NCBI GenBank assembly: GCA_038062455.1
Contig: JBBTXE010000001.1
Location: 381,760 to 445,759, forward strand
Origin: Patescibacteria group bacterium
GTDB taxonomy: Bacteria; Patescibacteriota; Microgenomatia; UBA12405
DNA length: 64,000 nucleotides
Direction of reading: 5' to 3'
In this document: positions 34,742-43,060 of the stretch, one piece after another
Layout of the letters: each line of letters starts with the position of its first letter
Position numbering within the stretch: position 1 is the stretch's first letter
Notes under the pieces: model-generated
Seen by the model: the letters and a program-made list of their open reading frames with translations, nothing else
The model's database searches: none
Told to the model about the DNA's origin: nothing
Position numbers and translations under genes: made by a program

Positions 34742-34778
34742 AAAATCCTATCGAAAAAGATACATACTAATTACTTAT
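34742..34778. repeat. conserved 37-bp inter-module motif (copy 3)
   Basis: aaaatcctatcgaaaaagatacatactaattacttat. Confidence 0.7.
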
Positions 34779-34789
34779 TAATAACCCTA

Positions 34790-35509
34790 CTACATATTTC
34801 TACCTATCTCCCCTAAAAGACTTTTTTTTAAGTCGCGAACCATCATCGCCTGACTTCTCGGCAGAAACAAAGCCAACTCTGTCTCGAAATTAATTTCCTT
34901 CTTATTTAACAATTGTCTGACTTTTACCAATTGTTTCTTTTGGTTGGGAGACAATAGGTTGGCCCGAAGCATAAAATATAGATCATAAAAATCACGGGCT
35001 TTCTGTCTATCCAGTAACGCTGCCACTTTACTATCAACCAAATTCGCCGTCGCCAAACTCTTAATAAAATATGGGGCGGTAAAATCACTTTCAACTGTAA
35101 ACGCCTCACCTTCAACCATATCTTTTCGAAAAGATATTTCAAAGTGAATTTTTATCGGATCACCAACATGGCTCAAAATCACGATTCCTAAATATCCACC
35201 ACTGGTAGTTTTACTTTCTTCAATTTCTACTCCGATCCCTTCTCTCGATATATCCACCAAAACATCCTCTATAACCTGTTCCCAAGTCTGAAGTTTATGC
35301 ACTGTGGTATCGAAATCAAGATCTTCTGAAAAACGAGGACTTCGATAAAGAATTCTTAAGGCTGTTCCTCCTTTAAAATACAAATTACTTGACTGCTTCT
35401 TTTGGTATAAGTAACTTAACAATAAATGTTGGACATATTCCCGTCTGATATTTAATTCCGAAGTTTGAAATTTAACCGATGTTTTTTGTAAAAAAGACAG
35501 ACTAAGCAT
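34790..35509 (-). CDS. AbiEii/AbiGii-family nucleotidyltransferase toxin
   Basis: YFKGGTALRILYRSPRFSEDLDFD is the GGT...R.SEDLDF signature of the AbiEii (DUF1814) NTase family. Overlaps the upstream AbiEi gene by 8 nt. Confidence 0.65.
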   Translation of the reverse strand: MLSLSFLQKTSVKFQTSELNIRREYVQHLLLSYLYQKKQSSNLYFKGGTALRILYRSPRFSEDLDFDTTVHKLQTWEQVIEDVLVDISREGIGVEIEESKTTSGGYLGIVILSHVGDPIKIHFEISFRKDMVEGEAFTVESDFTAPYFIKSLATANLVDSKVAALLDRQKARDFYDLYFMLRANLLSPNQKKQLVKVRQLLNKKEINFETELALFLPRSQAMMVRDLKKSLLGEIGRNM

Positions 35510-36092
35510 ATTTATTAATTAATTTTATTAAAGATTTATTGTTAAATAAATTAGCATAAAACTGAATCTTTTTTTTATTCACCGACGATAAATCCAATCT
35601 CTCCAACCAAGCTCTTTTATTAAGTGACACCAGATACAAATAATCGATCACCGCCTTTTCCACTTCAGCCATCAAAAACCTTTTTTCATCTATAATCTTT
35701 AATTCATAACCGGTGTAAGCCTCCGGTTTAATTGTCGAATAGCTATATGTTTTGTCACTGGTTACAAATTCCCGCGTCGTTTTAGTGGTGGCGGAAGTAA
35801 CTTTGTAAACCATTTCCGGAACTAGATTATAATAAGCCAAAGCATACTCAAAAGAGACATAGGAAGGTCGATACAATCGATTGGCAATTTCCAGTTCTGA
35901 CGGTAAATCATTCTTTAGAGAATAAAGACCTCGTTTTATTTGACTAAACAAACCCTCTTTCAATCCTTTTTCCAAATAATAAAGGGATTGCCTTGAAGAT
36001 AAATTCAATAATTCACCTAATTCGCGAGCAGAAAATACTCTGGTATTACTTTCCAGTAAAATTTTTCTAATACTTAAACTTGATATAGCCAT
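35502..36092 (-). CDS. AbiEi-like antitoxin
   Basis: ARELGELLNLSSRQSLYYLEKGLKEGLFSQIKRGLYSL is the N-terminal wHTH of AbiEi. Confidence 0.55.
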   Translation of the reverse strand: MAISSLSIRKILLESNTRVFSARELGELLNLSSRQSLYYLEKGLKEGLFSQIKRGLYSLKNDLPSELEIANRLYRPSYVSFEYALAYYNLVPEMVYKVTSATTKTTREFVTSDKTYSYSTIKPEAYTGYELKIIDEKRFLMAEVEKAVIDYLYLVSLNKRAWLERLDLSSVNKKKIQFYANLFNNKSLIKLINKYA

Positions 36093-36162
36093 TTCATTTA
36101 TTACTTAAATAACTGTAATTAATGAAACAAGTATGGATTAATATTACCTTAATGTCAACCCT

Positions 36163-36199
36163 AAAATCCTCTAGAAAAAGATACATACTAGATACTTAT
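36163..36199. repeat. conserved 37-bp inter-module motif (copy 2)
   Basis: aaaatcctctagaaaaagatacatactagatacttat. Confidence 0.7.
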
Positions 36200-36205
36200 C
36201 TAAAA

Positions 36206-37054
36206 TTATCCGCTCAAATACTTCTTACTTTGATTATAATTATTATAAAAGTTTTCCACATACCCATCCAAAAGCAGGGGATTATCGATAAACGGCAATA
36301 AGTCTTGTTTAAAATATTGTTTACTGACTGTCGTTGCCATTTCCACCTTGTCATCAATTAAACTAATCAACTGACCTATCGAATAAGAACTTTTTAACAA
36401 ATCATTTAATCGATTTATATTGGGATATACTTTTTTATCTAAAAACCACAATAAATCAAAATAATCTCTACCTTTAATTACCCTAATATTTTCTTTTCCC
36501 AACAACCTCTGTCTTGTTAAAATAGTGGCGATTTTGCTAGCCATCAATGAAGGCAGGTCGTAGTGTGTCACCAAATAGTTAAAATTGTTAATATTTCTCA
36601 GAGTCGTAAGTTCACCATATATTTCTGAAACCATCGGCGATAAATCAATCTTTACATATAAGAGATCACTTTCGGCCGGTGTCGCCAAACCTAAATCTCT
36701 CAATACCGGAAACTTTAGAAGCAATTGCCAACCTTTTTGCAATACAGACACCGCTAAACCGTTATACATAAACTCGGTTTTAAAATAAGTTTCAACTGTC
36801 TTTTTCAAAATAGTCACGTCAACCGGTTTTTTTAGATCAAAATCCAGATCCTCAGACAGTCGATTTAAACCAAAACAATGTCGCAAACAAGTTCCGCCGG
36901 TAAACACAAACACCTTATTATAAATTTGGTTTAAATAAATAAAATTAAGAACATATATTTGTAAAAACTCTTTTAGCAAACTCCTGATATACAAATTCGA
37001 CTTATTCTGAATCCCTTGTTTATTTAAAAGCGATCTCATTTCTTCAATAATCAC
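36206..37054 (-). CDS. AbiEii-family nucleotidyltransferase toxin (paralog)
   Basis: FTGGTCLRHCFGLNRLSEDLDFD. Stop/start overlap with the upstream AbiEi gene. Confidence 0.6.
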   Translation of the reverse strand: MIIEEMRSLLNKQGIQNKSNLYIRSLLKEFLQIYVLNFIYLNQIYNKVFVFTGGTCLRHCFGLNRLSEDLDFDLKKPVDVTILKKTVETYFKTEFMYNGLAVSVLQKGWQLLLKFPVLRDLGLATPAESDLLYVKIDLSPMVSEIYGELTTLRNINNFNYLVTHYDLPSLMASKIATILTRQRLLGKENIRVIKGRDYFDLLWFLDKKVYPNINRLNDLLKSSYSIGQLISLIDDKVEMATTVSKQYFKQDLLPFIDNPLLLDGYVENFYNNYNQSKKYLSG

Positions 37055-37689
37055 TTCATTGTCTCCTTAAGGTAAACTACTAAATTAGTAAATTTCCCCA
37101 TCCCCGAAAGCTCCACTAAATATTTCAAATTTTCAAAATCGCTCACTGTTAAATCCTCTAAATTTAGCCTGAAAGAATCGATAACTTCTTGGTTAATTTC
37201 CGGCACTCTCCACAATCTAAAATATAAATAATCAAACAAAGCCTTCGTTTTTGTCGCCTCTTTTATTTCATATCCGGATTTAGAAACAATATTAAAACCA
37301 ATAAACAATTTATCTTTTATGTTTGAATATAAAAAAACACCTAATTTATTGTTGTAAACCCTAGTCTTTTTTCGGGTGACCGAAGTTATCGAGAACACCG
37401 CTTCGGACAATATTCCATATTTTTGCAGGACATATTCTCCGCTCAAATACGACGGTTTTTTAAGAATATTGGCTACAAATTCACTATAACTCTGTTTGTC
37501 ACCACATTGCGAATAATATTCCCGAGTTACATATATTCCTTTTTTTAATTGAATCAACCTCCCGCTATCTATCCACCGGGCAACATTTGCCGAAACAGCA
37601 TCATCACTACCCCCAATTACCTCTTTCAGAGTATTTTTGTCAAAAAAACTGGCAGAGGTTAACTTCGATAAATTACTAATCCTGTTCAT
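37051..37689 (-). CDS. AbiEi-like antitoxin (paralog)
   Basis: LIQLKKGIYVTREYY is a KRGxY-type wHTH. Its C-terminal domain resembles the other AbiEi copies (ALFDYLYF). Confidence 0.5.
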   Translation of the reverse strand: MNRISNLSKLTSASFFDKNTLKEVIGGSDDAVSANVARWIDSGRLIQLKKGIYVTREYYSQCGDKQSYSEFVANILKKPSYLSGEYVLQKYGILSEAVFSITSVTRKKTRVYNNKLGVFLYSNIKDKLFIGFNIVSKSGYEIKEATKTKALFDYLYFRLWRVPEINQEVIDSFRLNLEDLTVSDFENLKYLVELSGMGKFTNLVVYLKETMK

Positions 37690-37777
37690 ACTTATTTCAC
37701 AATTAATAGATAAAACATACTAATTGTGAAATATGATAATACTTTTATACTACTATGTCAATAACCCCAATCTTGAA

Positions 37778-37811
37778 ATCTTACAGAAAAAGATACATAC
37801 TCAATACTTAT
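37778..37811. repeat. conserved inter-module motif (copy 1, slightly diverged)
   Basis: aatcttacagaaaaagatacatactcaatacttat. Confidence 0.6.
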
Positions 37812-37831
37812 TTTCCCCCAACTTTATCAGC

Positions 37832-38449
37832 TTAAGATAAACTGACGGCAATAAGTTTTTGTCTAATCGTTTCATCATCAACGTCAAAGCCGGGCAAATA
37901 TTCAACCGATTCGGAATAATCAAGGTCTTGGTAATAGGCAAGCTGTTCCCGAAAAAGTTTTTCATCAAATTCGTTTTTATAAATGGAAATGGCTTTGACA
38001 ATAAGTTCTTTTAAGGAAAAAGATTGAAAAATAAAGAAAAGATCAACATAATCTTTCCATTTAGCGCGGCGTCCGAGGGCAAAAGCTTTCATAGCCGCGA
38101 TAGTCAAAGGGTCGGGTAAAGAAATAATGTCATTAAAATTAACTTGATGTTCAATCGGATATGGGTAACCGTAAAAGGTCATTTTGACGTTGTCAACTAA
38201 TAAAGTAAATTCTGTTCTCGTTTCAATCAAGATGCGATTAATTGTATGGCCCTGTTTAATATCAGAACGAATCCGTAGGCTATCAAATGATTTATCGGTA
38301 AAAAGGTCAAAGTCAATTGATCGTCGATGACCTAATTGTAAAGCCAGGGCAGTACCACCAACCAGGTAAAAAGAGGAAGAAAAAATTTTTACCAGAGGTA
38401 AAAGATCAGTTTGGGTTTTGACAAGAATATTAGGATACATATTTGGCAA
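37832..38449 (-). CDS. nucleotidyltransferase-fold protein (AbiEii-like / minimal NTase toxin-like)
   Basis: VGGTALALQLGHRRSIDFDLF has the GGTAL...R.S.D.D pattern. Confidence 0.45.
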   Translation of the reverse strand: MPNMYPNILVKTQTDLLPLVKIFSSSFYLVGGTALALQLGHRRSIDFDLFTDKSFDSLRIRSDIKQGHTINRILIETRTEFTLLVDNVKMTFYGYPYPIEHQVNFNDIISLPDPLTIAAMKAFALGRRAKWKDYVDLFFIFQSFSLKELIVKAISIYKNEFDEKLFREQLAYYQDLDYSESVEYLPGFDVDDETIRQKLIAVSLS

Positions 38450-38977
38450 AATAGTAAGTAAAATAATTTTTTGCTAAATAGTGAAGATTGCCGCGTTTTT
38501 GTAAAGCAAGTTTACTAAAAATATCTGCTAAAACTTTCGTCCCCAGCAAAGTACGGAGTTCTTGAAAATTATCCCAAGAACCGCAATTAAGAATCGCCTC
38601 AGTAATGGCTTCAGGCGAGAGATGGTCATAGTTTTTGGTGTACCAAATAAGGCCGGGGTTGTGGCGGATAATATCTCTAGCTTTGGTTAAGTCTGCATCC
38701 ATAAATCTAGTATACAACTTCAACTTTTTACAGAATCTAACGGAAAATTTAATACCAGTGACCAAAAAGCCAAAGATTTTTTGTTCCATCTGCCCCGAGG
38801 GATTGACAATGCTACCTCTCTTATTCCCATTTTGCCATAATTAGACATCGCCCAATCCGTTGCCTCTTTACTACCAAAGTTTAAAACTTGAGAAACAATT
38901 AACTTTCGATCCGCCACAATGTCAATTATATTAGTATCGTAGGACCAAAGTACTGATTTTACCGACTGAGGCAACAT
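38430..38977 (-). pseudogene. probable frameshifted partner gene of the 37832-38449 NTase (85-aa + 119-aa overlapping ORFs)
   Basis: Two ORFs overlap by 70 nt in different frames, consistent with one ~190-aa gene carrying a frameshift. No family assigned. Confidence 0.3.
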
Positions 38978-38997
38978 AATTTATTATATCATTTTCT

Positions 38998-39489
38998 CTA
39001 TTTTCTCACCGCCACCTTGGTTTCAAAAGTCCAGGAATTGCCCCCACCGTCACCTCCGGTAACTCCTAAAGAAAACTTAAAATTAATAAGGGATATTTCC
39101 GTTGAAGGTAAAGTGGTGCAGTTTATAAATTCAGAACAATCAAAAATAGATACCCCCCCTCCCAGTAAATTATAAGTTCCCTGAGCTGACTGTGAAGCAA
39201 TTTTGTTGGCAGACTGATTACAAAACAATGTTGTTTGATCGCCGTTTTTGGTCTCAAACACAATTGCCGTTTCACCCACTCCGGTAAAACAGTTTATCCC
39301 CCCTTTGGCTTCTAACACATTTGCCTTTAACTTCTCCATCACCTTGGCCGCCTCCGCCTGAACCATTCCTGTTGTTTCAGCGCTCGTTTTGGCCTTAAAA
39401 AAACTGCCCAATATTCCCGTCACTGACACTACTAACACCCCAATTATTCCCACCGTCACCAAAATTTCCACCAAGGTAAAGCCTTTCAT
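38998..39489 (-). CDS. type IV pilin-like protein (prepilin N-terminal methylation motif)
   Basis: MKGFTLVEILVTVGIIGVL is a canonical G|FTLVE class III leader. Confidence 0.7.
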   Translation of the reverse strand: MKGFTLVEILVTVGIIGVLVVSVTGILGSFFKAKTSAETTGMVQAEAAKVMEKLKANVLEAKGGINCFTGVGETAIVFETKNGDQTTLFCNQSANKIASQSAQGTYNLLGGGVSIFDCSEFINCTTLPSTEISLINFKFSLGVTGGDGGGNSWTFETKVAVRK

Positions 39490-39917
39490 TGCCTGCTAAA
39501 AAACCGATTTAAATAAACACTTTGTGGACTTCTCCCCGAATAGCCAACCTCAATCACCGCCTCGGCACAATCAGTTTTTCCCACCCCGCAGCCGTTGGTG
39601 GTAATATTGGTCATTCCGATACTGTACTTATATCCATCAAAACCAGCGCGGGTATTATCGCTGCTGCTTGTTAGATTCCAAAAATTATCAACATCGTTTT
39701 GACTCTGGGAAATCAATTCTTCTATCACTATCGTTCCCAATTCCGTTGCTTTTCTCCGGTCAAAATTACTTTTTTTGTTACTCATGGTCATCACTATCAG
39801 TACCACTACTCCGGATAAAACCAAACCCAAAACTCCCAAGGCAAACACCCCTTCAATAATTCCCTGACCTCTATTCTTCGACATAGACACCGGATGAGAT
39901 TGATCCCAAAGCGTCAA
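39486..39917 (-). CDS. minor pilin-like protein (atypical leader)
   Basis: RGQGIIEGVFALGVLGLVL is a hydrophobic N-terminus. Translationally coupled within the pilin array. Confidence 0.4.
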   Translation of the reverse strand: MTLWDQSHPVSMSKNRGQGIIEGVFALGVLGLVLSGVVVLIVMTMSNKKSNFDRRKATELGTIVIEELISQSQNDVDNFWNLTSSSDNTRAGFDGYKYSIGMTNITTNGCGVGKTDCAEAVIEVGYSGRSPQSVYLNRFFSRQ

Positions 39918-40377
39918 TCGTTAAACTACTGTAACCCGATACTTCTTTGGAAGATCTAATAATTACTGTAGCCGTTGCCCCGGCTCCATACAAAGACCCG
40001 CTTACGTTTGTCGCCAGCTGACCATTACCTCCCCAATAATATAAAACCGCCGGAGACAAAGTCACTCCAATCCCGGTATTTACCAGTTTTTGACTAAAAT
40101 AAGTTGTCCCTACTCCATTTATTCCGGCCACCAAGTTGCCACTGATTACCCTGACTTCAACATACACCACATTCTCACTGCCGCCAGCCGGTCTTTGCCG
40201 GCTTTTGGCAAAATTCTGAGCCAAGCGTAAATTGGATACCACTTCTTCTTGTACTGATTTCAGTTTCTGCCGTTCATTAAAACGGTTAAAAAATACCATC
40301 CCCGTTCCCATAACCATCATCCCGATAGTTATCACTACCATCAATTCAATAAAAGTGAAACCGAAGCTAATTTTCAC
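39871..40377 (-). CDS. type IV pilin-like protein
   Basis: MKISFGFTFIELMVVITIGMMV. Confidence 0.65.
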   Translation of the reverse strand: MKISFGFTFIELMVVITIGMMVMGTGMVFFNRFNERQKLKSVQEEVVSNLRLAQNFAKSRQRPAGGSENVVYVEVRVISGNLVAGINGVGTTYFSQKLVNTGIGVTLSPAVLYYWGGNGQLATNVSGSLYGAGATATVIIRSSKEVSGYSSLTIDALGSISSGVYVEE

Positions 40378-40436
40378 TAATTATAATTTACAAATTAATT
40401 GATAATTGAGTTTTGATAATTGATTATTGGCCCTGC

Positions 40437-40868
40437 TTATGGGTTTGTCACCCGATAGTTGCACGTCCCTCCGCAACCCGCCCCATAACTTCCATTAGTC
40501 GACCCCAAATCCTCCATCTTAGCATCCAAAGTATATTTATAGTTGTTACTGCCAACAACAATCAAATAACTATAAGTATCTCCTTTGGGGCCAGAGGGTA
40601 TAGCCTGAATATAATTCGGTGTCAAAGAGGTAATGACGCTTGGATATGTCGTTCCTGTCTGCCGCATTGCCTCCAACGCCAATCTCACTCTTTCTAAATC
40701 GCTTTGCCGTCTGGAATCCCGGGATTTCATATTGACTCCGGAAAAACTGACCACCCCAACCACCGAAACCACCATGATTATCGTTATCACTACGATCAAT
40801 TCAATTAAACTAAAAGCGTCATTCCCGCGAAAGCGGGAACCTATATTTGATTTTATTTCTTTTTTCAA
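40437..40868 (-). CDS. pseudopilin with extended leader MKKEIKSNIGSRFRGNDA|FSLIELIVV
   Basis: Prepilin-type N-terminus. The leader codons contain a P2 hairpin-palindrome (40821-40839). Confidence 0.65.
   Translation of the reverse strand: MKKEIKSNIGSRFRGNDAFSLIELIVVITIIMVVSVVGVVSFSGVNMKSRDSRRQSDLERVRLALEAMRQTGTTYPSVITSLTPNYIQAIPSGPKGDTYSYLIVVGSNNYKYTLDAKMEDLGSTNGSYGAGCGGTCNYRVTNP
40821..40839. repeat. P2 palindrome ttcccgcgaaagcgggaac in a pseudopilin leader (identical to the recG copy)
   Basis: Encodes GSRFRGN on the minus strand. Confidence 0.8.
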
Positions 40869-40897
40869 TTCGTAATTCGTAATTATTAATTCGTAAT
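40866..40897. repeat. tandem aattcgtaatt units in the pilin intergenic spacer
   Basis: aattcgtaattcgtaattattaattcgtaatt. Related TTCGTAATT units occur in the 43513 and 49788 repeats. Confidence 0.5.
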
Positions 40898-40901
40898 TAA
40901 C

Positions 40902-41366
40902 TTATTGTTGACTTTTAACACAGTAAAAACGCCCACTGGCCACAAAACTACAAGTATTCGTTGACGAATTCCCCAACGTTAAATCCTCGGTTGCTGCGCA
41001 AGCGCAGTAGGTGGTCGCAATATTGTAAACATAAGATGTCCCCCCCACCCCTTTTGGATCAGTCGGCCAAAGCTGCATTACTCCACTGGTCACAAATGCA
41101 CCCGTGGTCGCCGGATAAACATAACTATTTTGCGAATAATATTGCTCCGCCGCCTTCTGGATCGATCCCATATCAGAAATCCGCCGGCTGTCTCTGGCCT
41201 TTTTTTGAACCGAAGAATAAGACATAGTCGCAATCGCTACTAAAATAGCAATAATCGAGATACTGACTAACAATTCAAACAACGTAAAAGCTTCATTCCC
41301 GCGCCGTGCCTGCCGGCAGGCAGGAAAGCGGGAACCTATTTTTTTGTTCATATTTAATTTGCGCAA
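40902..41366 (-). CDS. pseudopilin with extended leader (..IGSRFPACRQARRGNEA|FTLFELLV)
   Basis: Prepilin N-terminus. Contains the extended P2 copy with an inner palindrome cctgccggcagg. Confidence 0.65.
   Translation of the reverse strand: MRKLNMNKKIGSRFPACRQARRGNEAFTLFELLVSISIIAILVAIATMSYSSVQKKARDSRRISDMGSIQKAAEQYYSQNSYVYPATTGAFVTSGVMQLWPTDPKGVGGTSYVYNIATTYCACAATEDLTLGNSSTNTCSFVASGRFYCVKSQQ
41296..41335. repeat. P2 palindrome, extended variant with nested inner palindrome (ttcccgcg-ccgtgcctgccggcaggcaggaaa-gcgggaac)
   Basis: Outer arms are identical to the other P2 copies. Confidence 0.7.
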
Positions 41367-41806
41367 ACAACATATAATTTATCAGTTGTTACTCCAATCC
41401 CACACTTCTTCTGTGAATTCACATCATCATCGCCCGCTCCCGATTCTAAATTCAAACGCAAATTAAAACCATCGCCATTATTGATTTGTTCATAAGTATA
41501 AGTATAGCCCAAATTCATAATTGAGGGCATATAAGCCGTCATTCCCACCCCCAAAGTTCCTCCGATTCCTGTGGGATACGCCTGGTTGTCGTTGTAGTAC
41601 AGTCTCAAGGAATTTTTAATGGCATTCATATCACTCACTCTTTGGGCATCGCGCGCCCTCTCCCGCGCTCCCATAAAATTTGGCAAAGTTATTGCCGAAA
41701 TTACTGCAATAATGCTAATCACCACCAACAGTTCCACCAGCGAAAAACCACTATCCCCGCGCACGCGGGGACCTATATATATACTATTGTAAATTACCAT
41801 CAGCAT
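41354..41806 (-). CDS. pseudopilin with leader ..IGPRVRGDSG|FSLVELLVV
   Basis: Prepilin N-terminus. P2 variant tccccgcgcacgcgggga at 41744-41761. Confidence 0.65.
   Translation of the reverse strand: MLMVIYNSIYIGPRVRGDSGFSLVELLVVISIIAVISAITLPNFMGARERARDAQRVSDMNAIKNSLRLYYNDNQAYPTGIGGTLGVGMTAYMPSIMNLGYTYTYEQINNGDGFNLRLNLESGAGDDDVNSQKKCGIGVTTDKLYVVCAN
41744..41761. repeat. P2 palindrome variant tccccgcg-ca-cgcgggga
   Basis: 8-bp GC arms. Encodes GPRVRG. Confidence 0.7.
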
Positions 41807-42308
41807 CTAAACTAGTATTCGGGGAAACATAGGCAAAACAATAAGAATTAGTACTGCCGCCGCAATCGTAAGTCACGGGGTTTAGGCATTCTTTATCGAC
41901 GGTATTTTCCAACATCGCCAACAGAGCGTATTTCTTTTTATAAGTATCGGTTTTATAGCAATAAGGCGGCGCCCCAATTTTGTTTTCCCGGGGTAATATC
42001 TTCATATACACATAACCTCCATCATTAAACTCACTCCCCCAATCTATGGCCGCGCCTCCTATCATAATTTTTCCAGCCGGATTAGCCGCCGGGAATATAC
42101 CATAATCGGTAAAATACATCTGCAATGCCTTGGCTACCCCGTTTAAATCCGACTTTCTAGCCACATCGTTGGCTTTTTTCTTGGCCGTCTGAAACTGCGA
42201 CACGGTAATTGTCACCAAAATCATCATTATGGCCACCACAATCAACAATTCTACTAAAGTAAAACCCCTGTTCCCGCAAAAGCGGGAACCTATATATTTT
42301 CCCTTCAT
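41784..42308 (-). CDS. pseudopilin with leader MKGKYIGSRFCGNRG|FTLVELLIV
   Basis: Prepilin N-terminus. P2 copy at 42271-42289. Confidence 0.65.
   Translation of the reverse strand: MKGKYIGSRFCGNRGFTLVELLIVVAIMMILVTITVSQFQTAKKKANDVARKSDLNGVAKALQMYFTDYGIFPAANPAGKIMIGGAAIDWGSEFNDGGYVYMKILPRENKIGAPPYCYKTDTYKKKYALLAMLENTVDKECLNPVTYDCGGSTNSYCFAYVSPNTSLDADGNLQ
42271..42289. repeat. P2 palindrome ttcccgcaaaagcgggaac
   Basis: Arms ttcccgc/gcgggaa with loop aaaa. Confidence 0.75.
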
Positions 42309-42332
42309 TATTTATTTAAATCTATCACACTT

Positions 42333-42358
42333 AAATTAGAAATTAGAAATTAGAAATT
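42333..42358. repeat. tandem aattagaa octamer x3 upstream of the pilin gene
   Basis: aattagaaattagaaattagaaatt in the 50-bp spacer. Confidence 0.55.
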
Positions 42359-43060
42359 TTACTTACATCCCTCTCCGCAACAAGAAACCAGGCAGGAGCT
42401 CTTACAAATGCCCAGATAACAATTCGGTCCGACACAACCAGCAATCGCGTTACAGATCTCAACACCCGGCTGATAATAACATCCGCCATAAGCGGCACAT
42501 TCCGGATTGGCACGATAATCACTCCAGACTACGTTAGGACTCGACACTCCGAAATTCGCCGTTTCTGCCGTCGAATTTCCTCCTAATGTTCGATATTCCC
42601 AACCTGCACCCTGATTCCAACCCGGAGGGATATCAGTATCACTTTGGTTTTCCAATTTGGTTAATATTTTAAACCACTTCGAACAATTATCAATTATTAC
42701 TGGAAAAGGTGTTTCCACCACAATTTGGTATGGAATCCTGCCAGGATCACATTGCCAAGGTGACAACCAGGGATTAAAAACAATCCTACTGCCACAATTT
42801 AATTGATCCATTAGTGATGAGCCAATTCCAACAGACGGGTAACAGCCCTTATCACTGTAATACTCCTCAAAAGCTACTTTAATTCGCCCTATATCCTTTT
42901 TCCTCCTAGCATCCCGAGCTTTATTAAACACTCCCGCTGAATTAAATATCCCAACAGCCATCACTATCATAACCACCAAGATTGCCATAACAATTAAAAT
43001 TTCCACCAAAGTAAAAGCGTTATTCCCGCGGACGCGGGAACCCATCCATTTTTTCTTCAT
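42359..43060 (-). CDS. pseudopilin (233 aa, Cys-rich C-terminus) with leader MKKKWMGSRVRGNNA|FTLVEILIV
   Basis: Prepilin N-terminus. P2 copy at 43024-43042. Confidence 0.65.
   Translation of the reverse strand: MKKKWMGSRVRGNNAFTLVEILIVMAILVVMIVMAVGIFNSAGVFNKARDARRKKDIGRIKVAFEEYYSDKGCYPSVGIGSSLMDQLNCGSRIVFNPWLSPWQCDPGRIPYQIVVETPFPVIIDNCSKWFKILTKLENQSDTDIPPGWNQGAGWEYRTLGGNSTAETANFGVSSPNVVWSDYRANPECAAYGGCYYQPGVEICNAIAGCVGPNCYLGICKSSCLVSCCGEGCK
43024..43042. repeat. P2 palindrome ttcccgcggacgcgggaac
   Basis: The flank gggaacccatcca is shared with the recG copy. Confidence 0.75.
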
